Source: an uncultured Atopobiaceae bacterium (GTDB lineage: Bacteria; Actinomycetota; Coriobacteriia; Coriobacteriales; Atopobiaceae). Taken from it: DNA of 64,000 nucleotides. Position 1 is the first letter of the stretch, and each line of letters begins with the position of its first letter. A program made the position numbers and the translations under genes. The notes beneath the pieces are model-generated. The model saw only the letters and a list, made by a program, of their open reading frames with translations, had not been told where the DNA came from and did no database searches. Where the stretch lies: NCBI GenBank assembly GCA_963927425.1, contig CAWVBA010000003.1, positions 113,582 to 177,581 on the forward strand. The letters run 5' to 3'. Below are positions 30,283-39,906 of this stretch, piece after piece.

Positions 30283-30434
30283 TAAGACTCCGCGGCCACG
30301 ACACTCGTGTAGTAGCACGAGAAGGACATGAGGTCCGCGACGCTGACTGCGAGGTTCCCAGACCCCCTCGCGAGAGCCAGAACGTCGCCGCCCTTCTCGG
30401 CAGCACCGACTACGACGACTTTGCCGCGCGTCTT
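30283..30434. other. Candidate structured element (rod-like ~150-nt hairpin; possible ncRNA)
   Basis: Nested stems AAGAC/GTCTT, CGCGGC/GCCGCG, GTAGT/ACTAC, CGAGAAGG/CCTTCTCG, GCGACG/CGTCGC, GCGAGG/CCTCGC. Confidence 0.3.
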
Positions 30435-30596
30435 CTGAGGCTCATCGAGAGCTGACGGGCCTCACCATCGCCACGCGCGGGAGGGTCCGCCGGGCCCGGC
30501 CCGTCGCGCCACGAAGAGGGCCCCGCGGCACGCTGTGCGCCGGGGGCCCGAGTCGCCGTTCTTCTCGACGTCCTGCTCGACGTCCTTGTCGCCGTG

Positions 30597-31961
30597 CTAC
30601 TGTCCGCCGAACGGGTTGCTCTGCTCCTGCTGGTACTGCTCGTAGAGGCGAATGAGGTCCTCGAGGCTGACGTTCTGGCCGTTGACGTTCACGGTCTGGT
30701 CGCTCTCGTTCTGCTGCTGCTCCTGCAGCGCCTCGTCGGAGCCGAGCGTCACCTCCAGCGTGAGGTCCTCGTCGCCGCGACGCACGCCCACCTCCACGAC
30801 GTCGCCGATGTCATGGGAGCGCACGGCGAGGATCGCCTCGTCGGCCGAGCCGACCGCCTCGCCACCGATGCTGGTGACGACGTCGCCCACCTGGATGCCC
30901 GCGTCGGCGGCGGGGCTCCCCTCGGCGACCTCCACGACGTAGGCGCCCTCGTCAACGGAGAGGCCGTTGCGCAGCGCGTTGGACGGCGTCACGGTCTGCA
31001 TGGTGAGGCCGATGTAGGCGTGGGTGACCGTGTCGCCAGAGATGATCATGTCGGCGATCTGGGTGGCGTAGTTGCCCGGAATCGCGTAGCCGATGCCCGC
31101 AAAGCTCTCCGTGTCGGAGGAGAACAGCGTGCAGATGCCCACGAGCTTGCCCTCGGCGTTCACGAGCGCGCCGCCGGAGTTGCCGGGGTTGATCGTGGCG
31201 TCGGTCTGGATGAGGTTGGTGTAGAGGGTGTTGCCGCTGGAGTTCTCGAGCAGCGTGTTGCGCGAGAGCGCCGAGACGATGCCCTGCGAGACGGAGTTCT
31301 CCAGGCCAAAGGGGCTGCCCACGCTCATGACCCAGTCGCCCACCTGCAGCGCGTCGGAGTCGCCGATCTCCATCGGCGTGACCTCGTCGTCGCCAAAGTC
31401 AACGTGGACCACGGCCACGTCGCTGGAGGGGTCGGTGCCCACGAGCGTGGCGTCGTAGCTCTTGCCGTTGTAGTTGACCGAGATGCTCTCGGCGTTCTCC
31501 ACCACGTGGTTGTTGGTGATGATGTTGCCGTCCGTGTCATAGATGACGCCGGAGCCCATGCCCTCGCCCTCGGGGAAGGTGCAGTAGATCGTGGCAACCG
31601 ACGGCAGGGCCTTGGCGGCCACGGCGTTGGCGACGGTAGTGTCCTCGTCGGCGGGGTCAATCGTGATCTGCTGGGTGGCGTCCCCGCCCACGACCTGGGT
31701 GGCGGACGGGCCGACGACGCCGGTGGCAAACAGCACGCCCGCAAGCGCGCCGGCACCCAGGACGCCGCCCAGAAGACCCATGAGCAGGGCCCTGAGCGTC
31801 ACGCGCGGCTTCTTCTCCCGCTTGGGGCCCTCGGGCGAGAAGTTCGGTGGGGTCTGCGTGTGCTGAGGCTGGGGCTGCGTCTGCTGGGGTTGGGGCTGCG
31901 TCTGCTGGGGTTGGGGCTGCTGGGGCTGCGGCGAGGGGACGCCGTAGGGATAGTCGCTCAT
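30597..31961 (-). CDS. htrA: HtrA/DegP-like serine protease with PDZ domain
   Basis: Q/P-rich N-terminus, TM, TNNHVV, DVAVV, INPGNSGG, PDZ. Confidence 0.93.
   Translation of the reverse strand: MSDYPYGVPSPQPQQPQPQQTQPQPQQTQPQPQHTQTPPNFSPEGPKREKKPRVTLRALLMGLLGGVLGAGALAGVLFATGVVGPSATQVVGGDATQQITIDPADEDTTVANAVAAKALPSVATIYCTFPEGEGMGSGVIYDTDGNIITNNHVVENAESISVNYNGKSYDATLVGTDPSSDVAVVHVDFGDDEVTPMEIGDSDALQVGDWVMSVGSPFGLENSVSQGIVSALSRNTLLENSSGNTLYTNLIQTDATINPGNSGGALVNAEGKLVGICTLFSSDTESFAGIGYAIPGNYATQIADMIISGDTVTHAYIGLTMQTVTPSNALRNGLSVDEGAYVVEVAEGSPAADAGIQVGDVVTSIGGEAVGSADEAILAVRSHDIGDVVEVGVRRGDEDLTLEVTLGSDEALQEQQQNESDQTVNVNGQNVSLEDLIRLYEQYQQEQSNPFGGQ
31862..31930. repeat. 21-bp coding tandem repeat (QPQPQQT) in htrA
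   Basis: GGGGCTGCGTCTGCTGGGGTT repeated. Confidence 0.75.
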
Positions 31962-32142
31962 ACGTGCCTTCTTTCCTCTGGGCGCCGCGGCATGCGGCGG
32001 TTTTCCTTCCGAGGAAACTGTACCCAAATCGCGGCGCCGCACACGACGACCGGGGTCTTGACACCCACCCGACACGTTGCTTTCCGCTAGCTGAAAATGC
32101 ACGGGCCACGCGCGGGACGAGGCGGGTTTTGTGACGTTTCGT

Positions 32143-32280
32143 GAGGTTTTGGGCCAAACGATTTATATCGCCCGCCATAAACAGTTGGGTTTTGCGTTGA
32201 TTAGCCACTTCCTCGTTGGTTATGGGCAAAACGTTTTATGCAAAACGGCGGCGGATATAAATGATGTTGCCCAAAACCTC
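32143..32280. repeat. MITE-like family A copy with ~30-bp imperfect TIRs
   Basis: GAGGTTTTGGGCCAAACGATTTATATCGCCCGCC ... GGCGGCGGATATAAATGATGTTGCCCAAAACCTC. Confidence 0.7.
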
Positions 32281-32409
32281 GCAAGAGGCTGCAAAACCGA
32301 CACCCCACGGAGCACGATAGGTGCTCGGCCAAGAGGCATGTGGCGAGAAGCGCCTGCGGCCGAGAAGGGCGCGCGAGCGCGAGCAGCGCCCTATCCCCTA
32401 TCGCCCGGA

Positions 32410-33084
32410 CTAGATGCGGAAGAGGTAGCCCACGCCGCGAATGGTGACGATGTGGCTCGCCACCTGCGGCCCCACCTTGGAACGCACGCGACGGATGTGC
32501 ACGTCAACCGTGCGCGTGCCGCCGCAGTACTCAAAGCCCCAGACGCGATGGAGCAGCGTCTCGCGCGAGTAGGCGCGGCTGGGGTGCGTGGCCAGAAACG
32601 ACAGCAGCGAGTACTCCATGAGCGTGAGGTCCACGGGCTGCTCGTCGATGTAGACCTGGTAGGTGGCCAGGTTGATCGTCATGTTGTCGATCGTGACGAT
32701 GTCGGCCGGCGCGCTCTCCTCGCCCGGCCAGAGCAGCAGGGTGCAGCGCAGCTCAAACTCGGCCGTGCCGGCGGTGGAGAGGATGAAGTCGTTGGCGCCC
32801 TGCGTGGGCATGTGGAGCGTGGCGAGCTTGTCCGGGTCCTGGACCAGCAGGCGGGAGATGAAGCCGTTCTCGGCGACGAAGGAGTCAACGGCGTTGAGCA
32901 GGTCCTGGCTCATGCCCTCGCCGTCCAGGATGACGAGGTCGAACTCGTGGCCGGAGGAAACGGCCTGCGGGAAGGTCTCCTCGTTCGCGAGCGCAATGGA
33001 GACGTCGATCGCGTGCGAGAGCTCGCGCATGCGGTCATGCAGTCGCGTCGTGGCAGATATGAGCAGGATGTTCTTATGGTGCAT
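32410..33084 (-). CDS. glnR: Orphan OmpR-family response regulator, GlnR-like
   Basis: Degenerate receiver (no acidic pair or Lys); wHTH VWGFEYCGGTRTVDVHIRRVRSK; no kinase nearby; nitrogen gene context. Confidence 0.75.
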   Translation of the reverse strand: MHHKNILLISATTRLHDRMRELSHAIDVSIALANEETFPQAVSSGHEFDLVILDGEGMSQDLLNAVDSFVAENGFISRLLVQDPDKLATLHMPTQGANDFILSTAGTAEFELRCTLLLWPGEESAPADIVTIDNMTINLATYQVYIDEQPVDLTLMEYSLLSFLATHPSRAYSRETLLHRVWGFEYCGGTRTVDVHIRRVRSKVGPQVASHIVTIRGVGYLFRI

Positions 33085-33163
33085 CCTGAGGCCCCTCCCA
33101 AAGCATCAGCATGAATGTGAGCATCTTAGCACATCGCCCCCACCCGCCGCATACGCACGGGCG

Positions 33164-33301
33164 GGCTTCGTGATGTTCCTCCAGGAGGTGCGCTGCGCGG
33201 AACCTCCTTACGGAACATCACGAAGCCGGTCTCAGCCGCCGTCGGGACGTTCCGGAGAGAAGTTTCGCGAAGCGCACTTCTCAGAGGAACGTCCCGACGG
33301 C
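33164..33301. repeat. Two adjacent 64-bp hairpins with related perfect 16-bp arms
   Basis: GGCTTCGTGATGTTCC/GGAACATCACGAAGCC (33164-33227); GCCGTCGGGACGTTCC/GGAACGTCCCGACGGC (33238-33301). Confidence 0.8.
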
Positions 33302-33336
33302 TCGCCCAGGCAGCCCGAGCGGCGCTCGCAGGTAGG

Positions 33337-34104
<768 letters not shown>

Positions 34105-34113
34105 CTTGTCCTC

Positions 34114-35433
34114 CTACATCCCGGACTCGTGGGCCGAGGGGGTCTGCGCCACGTCGAGACGGCGCTCGCGGCGGTCGGAGCCGCGACCGCCCCCGTTGAG
34201 ACGCGCCTCGAGCATGCTGACCACGCGCGCCAGCGGCAGCGTGACCACCAGGTAGAACAGGGCGGCCACGATGTAGGGCGTGATCGAGCCGGTGGAGGCC
34301 ACGATCGTCTTGGCGTACATGACGACCTCCATGACGCCCACGGCGGCCAGAAGCGACGTGTCCTTGTAGAGCAGGATGAACTCGCTCGTCATGGTGGGGA
34401 TCACGTTGCGGAACATCTGCGGGATGATCACATAGAGCATGGTCTGCACGCCGTTCATGCCGAGCGAGCGCGCGGCCTCGAACTGCCCCTTGGGGATGGA
34501 CTGGATGCCCGCGCGGAAGATCTCGCAGAGGTACGCGGAGGAGTTGAGCGCCATCACCACCACGCCGAGCGGGTAGGTGGGCACCTGGATGCCGGCGAGC
34601 GGCAGACCGAAGAAGGCGATGTAGATCTGCAGGAACGCCGGCGTGCCGCGCACGATGTTCACGTAGACGCTCGCGATGGCGCGCAGCAGGCGCAGCCTGG
34701 AGGTGCGCATGAGCGCGAGCAGAAATCCCAGCGGGATCGCCAGCGGGAAGGCGAGCAGCACGATGGCGAGCGCCATGAGAAATCCGCTGAAGACGATCGG
34801 CACGCTCGAGACCAGGATAGGCGGGTTGAGGAAGAGGCGCAGGAACTTGTTGGAGTTCCAGGCCTGGACCCACTCCTGTTGCTCGAGGTCGCTCACGAAG
34901 GCGTCGAGCGGCGAGACGCCCGTGACGGCGATCGTGGGCATGTCGGATAGCTCGTGCTCGGCGCCGTCCGCGGTCACGTAGCCGCCCGTCAGCGCGAGCT
35001 CGCCGCCCGCGGCGGGAAACTCCACGCCGTAGATCTCCAGGCGCAGGTAGCTGCCTGCGGGCAGGGCCTCGGAGAAGTCCGCGGTCACGGTCTGGCCGTC
35101 GGCCGAGAAGGACGCGTCCACCGGGACGCGGTCCATGAGGTCCGCGCCGGCGAGCACGGTGGCCCGAGCGTCGTCCAGCTCGTAGGCGGTGCCCTCCGGC
35201 AGCGTGAGGCTGACTGACGTGAGCGCCTCACCGTCGTCCGCCTGGGCCTCCCAGGTGATGCGGGTCTCGGTGGCGCCGAGGACGTCGTTGCCGGCGTCGG
35301 CGTTGGGGCGGGCCGAGAGCTTCTCCACGGTGAGGGCCTCGGCCGTGACCGGCAGCGCGAGCGCGCAGACGAGCGCGGCGAGCAGCGCGAGCAGGCGCGG
35401 CGCGCGGCGCGTCTGATGGGTGGGGTCTGACAC
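34114..35433 (-). CDS. Polar amino-acid ABC permease with N-terminal extracytoplasmic domain
   Basis: Signal peptide, ~190-aa beta-rich domain, then RGTP, SAYLCEIFRAGI, GQFEAARSLG, KDTSL. Confidence 0.88.
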   Translation of the reverse strand: MSDPTHQTRRAPRLLALLAALVCALALPVTAEALTVEKLSARPNADAGNDVLGATETRITWEAQADDGEALTSVSLTLPEGTAYELDDARATVLAGADLMDRVPVDASFSADGQTVTADFSEALPAGSYLRLEIYGVEFPAAGGELALTGGYVTADGAEHELSDMPTIAVTGVSPLDAFVSDLEQQEWVQAWNSNKFLRLFLNPPILVSSVPIVFSGFLMALAIVLLAFPLAIPLGFLLALMRTSRLRLLRAIASVYVNIVRGTPAFLQIYIAFFGLPLAGIQVPTYPLGVVVMALNSSAYLCEIFRAGIQSIPKGQFEAARSLGMNGVQTMLYVIIPQMFRNVIPTMTSEFILLYKDTSLLAAVGVMEVVMYAKTIVASTGSITPYIVAALFYLVVTLPLARVVSMLEARLNGGGRGSDRRERRLDVAQTPSAHESGM

Positions 35434-35571
35434 GGTTCCTCGATTCGACGTTCTTCTCGCCCCGCGGGCCACGGCCCTTGGACGCGAGAACCCTTCCCCG
35501 CACGCAGCGAGGAAGGGCCTGCTGTTCATGTCATGCTCGGGCGCGGGCGCGCCGTCTTCTTGGGATGCGGC

Positions 35572-36414
35572 CTAGCCCATCCAGGTGGTGGTGAGCTCGT
35601 CGATCGCGCCGTCCTCGTCGAGCGCGGCGAGCGCGTCGTTGACGGCGGCGAGCAGCGCGGGGTTGTCCTTGGAGACGGCGATGCCGTACTCCTCGCCCGT
35701 GGCGCTCTTGCCCACGATCTGGGCGTCGGTGTAGGCCTCGGCGATCATCTTCTCGCCGACGGCGAGGTTGGTGACCACGGCGACCGTGCCGTCGGTGCCG
35801 GCCTGCATGGCCGCAAAGCAGTCGGTGGCGTTGCCGTAGCCCACGACCTTGGCGTTGGGGAAGTTCTCCTGCGCGAAGGTCTCGCCGGTGGTGCCGGACT
35901 GGACGGCGATGACGACGCCCTCCTGGTTGAGCGCGTCTGCGTAGGTGTCGGCGGTGACGTCGGCGTTGTCGGTCATCGCGACGACGCACTGGTCGTCGAT
36001 GTAGTAGGACGTGGAGAAGTCGACCTGCTCCTCGCGGTCGGGGTCGATCGTGATGCCGGAGCAGCCCACGTCGGCCTGACCGCCGGCCTGGATGGCCGGG
36101 ACGATGGCGTCAAACTGGAGGTTCTTGAACTCGACCTCAAGGCCCATCTGCTCGGCCACGGCGGTGATGAGGTCGATGTCAAAGCCCACGTACTCGTCGC
36201 CGTCGAGGTTCTCAAAGGGCGGGAAGTCCGGGGAGACGGCAACGGTCAGCGTGCCCTCCTTGACAAGGCCGAGGTCGTCCGCGGCGGCGGGCTCATCGGC
36301 AGCGTCGTCGGCGGGCTCGTCGGCGGCCTGCTCGCCACCGCAGGCGGCGAGGGTCAGCGTGCCGGCAGCGGCGCCCGCGACGGTCAGAAAGTTCCTTCTG
36401 GTCATGCTCTTCAT
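35572..36414 (-). CDS. Amino-acid ABC substrate-binding lipoprotein (Tat signal)
   Basis: TRRNFL, LAAC lipobox, SPDFPPFE, GFDIDL, VQSGTTG. Confidence 0.92.
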   Translation of the reverse strand: MKSMTRRNFLTVAGAAAGTLTLAACGGEQAADEPADDAADEPAAADDLGLVKEGTLTVAVSPDFPPFENLDGDEYVGFDIDLITAVAEQMGLEVEFKNLQFDAIVPAIQAGGQADVGCSGITIDPDREEQVDFSTSYYIDDQCVVAMTDNADVTADTYADALNQEGVVIAVQSGTTGETFAQENFPNAKVVGYGNATDCFAAMQAGTDGTVAVVTNLAVGEKMIAEAYTDAQIVGKSATGEEYGIAVSKDNPALLAAVNDALAALDEDGAIDELTTTWMG

Positions 36415-36700
36415 GTCTGGGTTCCCTTCCCCCAAAGTTTTGGCGCGTGGTCACGCCCTTTCCCGACGGAGGCACGGGTCTTCCCGTGTCAGGGCGCATG
36501 CCCCGCCCGTCGCCAGTTGCCAAGTCTGATACATGGCGCGACAGGCGACCCGCGCCTTCAGATTTCTTTACAAGATGGACACGCCGCCGCGCCGCGAGCC
36601 CTCGGCCCCGGCCTCCCCGCTCGCCCAATTCGCGATTTGGGCGTCCGGGGAGCCCCGGTGGAAAGCGTCGGCGAGAAGAACGACGGGTCACTGACACGGA

Positions 36701-36944
36701 TTCTAGGAATCGCCAGGGTTGTCCCACGCGCGTCTAAGAAATCGCGCCCTTGTTCCGGATGCGGCACAAGGGCGCGGTTCTTCTCGGCAAATGCGTGCGC
36801 AAGGACGCCGATTCCTAGACGCAGCGCGACAAGGGCGCAAATTCCTAGAACGTCACTCGCCGCGGACGGCGTTTTCTAGAACGCCAGGCGACAAGGGCGG
36901 CGTTTTCTAGAACGCCCCGCAACAACCCCGGCGATTCCTAGACG
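36701..36944. repeat. Array of about eight copies of a ~23-bp motif (CAAGGGCG..ATT(C/T)CTAGA), 30-31-bp period, two copies inverted
   Basis: CTAGA cores at 36815, 36845, 36876, 36907, 36938; inverted copies at 36701 and 36731. Confidence 0.8.
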
Positions 36945-36986
36945 AACACGCCGCCGTGGCCGTAGCCGTGGCCGCCGCCGCGGTCC

Positions 36987-38327
36987 CTACACGCCGCCGT
37001 AGTAGTGCTCGCGCTCCCAGTCGGTCACGGACGTGCAGAACTCCTCCCACTCGCGGCGCTTCTCGCGCACGAAGTAGGTGAAGATGTGGTCGCCGAGAAC
37101 CTCGTGCATGAGGTCGGACGACTCAAAGCGGTCGATGGCCTCGCCGAGCGTTCGCGGCAGGCGGCTGATGCCCGCGTCCGCAAGCGCGCCGTCGGACACC
37201 GCGAGGGTGTCGCAGGTGGACTCCTCAGGCAGCGGCAGCTCCTCCTCGATGCCGCGGAGCCCCGCCGCGATGGTCACGGCGAGCGCCAGGTAGGGGTTGG
37301 CCGTGGGGTCGGGGCTGCGCAGCTCGATGCGCGTGGCGATGTGCTTGCCCGGCTTGTGCGTGGGGACGCGCACGAGCGCGGAGCGGTTCTTGCGGCCCCA
37401 GGTGGCGTGCGTGGGCACCTCGCCCGTGGAGACAAAGCGCTTGTAGGAGTTGACCGTCGGGTTGGTGACCAGCGCAAACTCCGGCGCGTACTTGAGCAGA
37501 CCGGCCACGTAGTGCTGCGCGATGTCGGAGAGGTGCGCGGGGTGGTGCTCCTTGGGCGCCCAGAAGAGGTTCTCGCCGTCGTGGTCGAGCAGCGACTGGT
37601 AGAGGAACATCGCCGAGCCCGGCGCGCTCGTGATCGGCTTGGGCATGAACGAGGCGTACATCCCCTGGCCGGCGGCCTCCTGCTTGATGACCAGCCGCGC
37701 GGTCATGATGTTGTCCGCGCAGCTCACGGCCTCGGTGAAGCGCAGCTCGATCCCGTTTTGGGTGGGGCCGGCGGCGTGGTAGGAGTACTGCACGGGGATG
37801 GACATCTTCTCCAGCGTGAGCGTGGTCATGCGGCGCAGGTCGTTGGCGTGGTCCATCGGCGTGAGGTCAAAGTAGCCGGCGGTGTCCAGCGGCACCGGGT
37901 CGAGGTCGTTGTCAAAGTAGAAGTACTCGATCTTGGGGCCCACGTTGGGCACGAGGCCCTGCTCGTCGGCATGGGCAAAGACCTTGCGAAGGCAGCCGCG
38001 CGGGTCCCCGTCAAAGGGCTCGCGCGACGGCGTGAAGACGTCGCAGAAGACGCGCGCCACGCCCGACTCCTTGGGGCGCCACGGCAGCAGCGCAAAGGTG
38101 GTCGGGTCGGGGAAGGCGAGCATGTCCGACTCCTCGAGCGAGACAAACCCGTCCACCGCCGAGCCGTCAAAGCCGATGCCCTCCTCAAAGGCCTCCTCCA
38201 GCTCCTCCGGGGAGATGGCAAAGCACTTGAGGTTGCCGAGCACGTCCGTGAACCACAGCTGCACGAAGCGGATGTCGCGCTTCTCCACGGTGCGCAGGAC
38301 GAAGTCGATGTCTTTCTCGCTGCTCAT
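36987..38327 (-). CDS. glnA: Glutamine synthetase (GSI-alpha) family protein lacking most metal ligands; probable pseudoenzyme
   Basis: FTDVLG, FDGS, ESDM, FMPKP, NPTVNSYKR, NRSALVRVP, RIELRSPDP present, but GPKIEY, YHAAGPTQNG and GSAMFLY replace the canonical motifs. Confidence 0.88.
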   Translation of the reverse strand: MSSEKDIDFVLRTVEKRDIRFVQLWFTDVLGNLKCFAISPEELEEAFEEGIGFDGSAVDGFVSLEESDMLAFPDPTTFALLPWRPKESGVARVFCDVFTPSREPFDGDPRGCLRKVFAHADEQGLVPNVGPKIEYFYFDNDLDPVPLDTAGYFDLTPMDHANDLRRMTTLTLEKMSIPVQYSYHAAGPTQNGIELRFTEAVSCADNIMTARLVIKQEAAGQGMYASFMPKPITSAPGSAMFLYQSLLDHDGENLFWAPKEHHPAHLSDIAQHYVAGLLKYAPEFALVTNPTVNSYKRFVSTGEVPTHATWGRKNRSALVRVPTHKPGKHIATRIELRSPDPTANPYLALAVTIAAGLRGIEEELPLPEESTCDTLAVSDGALADAGISRLPRTLGEAIDRFESSDLMHEVLGDHIFTYFVREKRREWEEFCTSVTDWEREHYYGGV

Positions 38328-38385
38328 GCGAATTCCTCTCCGATGCCGGCGAAGGTCATAGTCGGAGACAGATTCGCACATGAGT

Positions 38386-38401
38386 GTTTCGCGGCGGTTA
38401 C
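38386..38401 (-). promoter_or_regulatory. Actinobacterial GlnR box
   Basis: Minus strand GTAAC-cgccgc-GAAAC matches gTnAc-N6-GaAAc, ~60 bp upstream of the GS-like gene. Confidence 0.65.
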
Positions 38402-38462
38402 CAGCCTCGGCATCCCCGCCCCGGCCCGTCGGCGATGGGGCGGCGAGAAGGGCCACGCGCCG

Positions 38463-38660
38463 TCACCTGTCGAGGTTCTTCTCGGCGTTGCGCAGCATCC
38501 TCTCCGCGGCGGGGCACGGCCCGCCCGTCGCGTGGGCGGAGCAGGCGCCCTTGCTGCCGCAGCCGGAGCACCCGTCCTTGCCGGAGCGCGCGATCGCGCG
38601 GACGGCGCAGACAAACAGCACGGCGACCAGCGTCAGGACGAGAAGATCTGTTGGGCCCAT
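38463..38660 (-). CDS. FeoB-associated Cys-rich membrane protein-like
   Basis: One TM then GCSGCGSKGAC...CP; DtxR-like box upstream. Confidence 0.75.
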   Translation of the reverse strand: MGPTDLLVLTLVAVLFVCAVRAIARSGKDGCSGCGSKGACSAHATGGPCPAAERMLRNAEKNLDR

Positions 38661-38688
38661 ACGTCGCTCCATTACGGAAGTTCTTTTT

Positions 38689-38706
38689 GTTAACCAAGGT
38701 CAACTA
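38689..38706. promoter_or_regulatory. DtxR/IdeR-like box
   Basis: Minus strand AGTTGA-ccttgg-TTAACA, a variant of GTTAG-N6-CTAAC. Confidence 0.45.
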
Positions 38707-38777
38707 TAACCGTTGCGGCTACTATATGTGTTGGGCGGCGCCCGCCGCACAAACTCCGCATCGAGAAGGGAAGCCAC

Positions 38778-39539
38778 ATGTCCGACGATCAGACCATGCA
38801 GCTCGTCATCGTCCGCCACGGCGAGTCCGAGTGGAACAAGCTCAACCTCTTCACCGGCTGGACCGACGTTGACCTCACCGACACCGGCCGCGAGGAGGCC
38901 CACGCGGGCGGCAAGGCCCTCAAGGAGGCCGGCTTTGACTTCGACGTCTGCTACACCTCGCTGCTCAAGCGCGCCATCCACACGCTCAACTGCGTGCTCG
39001 ACGAGCTCGACCGCAACTGGCTGCCCGTCCACAAGGCCTGGCAGCTCAACGAGCGCCACTACGGCGCCCTTCAGGGCCTGAACAAGGCCGACGCCGCCGC
39101 CGAGCACGGCGAGGAGCAGGTCAAGATCTGGCGCCGCTCCTTCGACGTGCAGCCGCCCGCCCTCGAGCCCGGCGACGAGCGCGACCCGCACGTCCAGGAG
39201 ATGTTCCGCGACGTGCCCAAGGAGGACCTCCCCTACACCGAGTGCCTGAAGGACACCATCGCCCGCGCCTGGCCGTACTTCGAGCAGGAGATCAAGCCGC
39301 AGATGGAGGCCGGCAAGCGCGTGCTGATCGCCGCCCACGGCAACTCGCTGCGCGCCCTCGTCATGCAGTTCGAGAAGCTGACCCCCGAGCAGATCCTCGA
39401 GGTCAACATCCCGACCGGCGTGCCGTGCGCCTACACCTTCGACAAGGACTGGAACGTCGTCGACAAGCACTACATCGGCGACCCCGCCACCATCGAGGCC
39501 AAGATCAACGCCGTCGCCAACCAGGGCAAGGCCAAGTAG
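38778..39539 (+). CDS. gpmA: 2,3-BPG-dependent phosphoglycerate mutase
   Basis: RHGESEWN, LNERHYGALQG, AHGNSLRAL, NIPTG. Confidence 0.97.
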   Translation: MSDDQTMQLVIVRHGESEWNKLNLFTGWTDVDLTDTGREEAHAGGKALKEAGFDFDVCYTSLLKRAIHTLNCVLDELDRNWLPVHKAWQLNERHYGALQGLNKADAAAEHGEEQVKIWRRSFDVQPPALEPGDERDPHVQEMFRDVPKEDLPYTECLKDTIARAWPYFEQEIKPQMEAGKRVLIAAHGNSLRALVMQFEKLTPEQILEVNIPTGVPCAYTFDKDWNVVDKHYIGDPATIEAKINAVANQGKAK

Positions 39540-39569
39540 CAGCCAGCGCACCCTCAAAGCGCGAAGTCG

Positions 39570-39597
39570 AGGCCCCCGGGAGACCGGGGGCCTTTTC
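39570..39597 (+). terminator. Intrinsic terminator of gpmA
   Basis: AGGCCCCCGG-gaga-CCGGGGGCCT followed by a T-run. Confidence 0.85.
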
Positions 39598-39906
39598 GTG
39601 CGCGGCATGCGACGCCGGTCCTCTTGGGTTGCCCACGGCCGGTACACCGGACGCTGCCACCGCACCGGCCGCGCCCAGTGTACGAGAAAGCCATGAGACT
39701 CGATGCTATGAGTTCATATATTTGCAGGTAGGCGATGCGCTGCTTTCGCTCAGGAAGCCGAGAAGGACGGCTAACTCGTACACTCGGCAACTCGACGCGT
39801 GGCTAGGGAGGGCGCGGCCTGAATGTTGCTTCAACATAATCGGACAGGCCGGCCGCACAATGAAACCCGAGAGACGATGGATCGCCCGTTCGGAAGGGGT
39901 CTTGTC

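Noticed and set aside
29971-30318. N-terminal extension of DUF2130 and short GGGACAGAG-like repeats at ~30131-30170
   Set aside because: Homology starts at MAEIRCPHC; repeats are short and low complexity
36800-36944. Possible mini-CRISPR or plasmid origin
   Set aside because: Gaps between units only ~8 bp, units degenerate, no cas or rep gene nearby
36987-38327. Reading as gamma-glutamylpolyamine synthetase (GlnA2/3, PuuA) or decayed pseudogene
   Set aside because: Those ligases keep the metal-binding Glu/His residues; the ORF is intact with changes concentrated in the active site
39660-39870. Possible integrase remnant or att site at the island edge
   Set aside because: No recognisable catalytic motif, tRNA or flanking direct repeat
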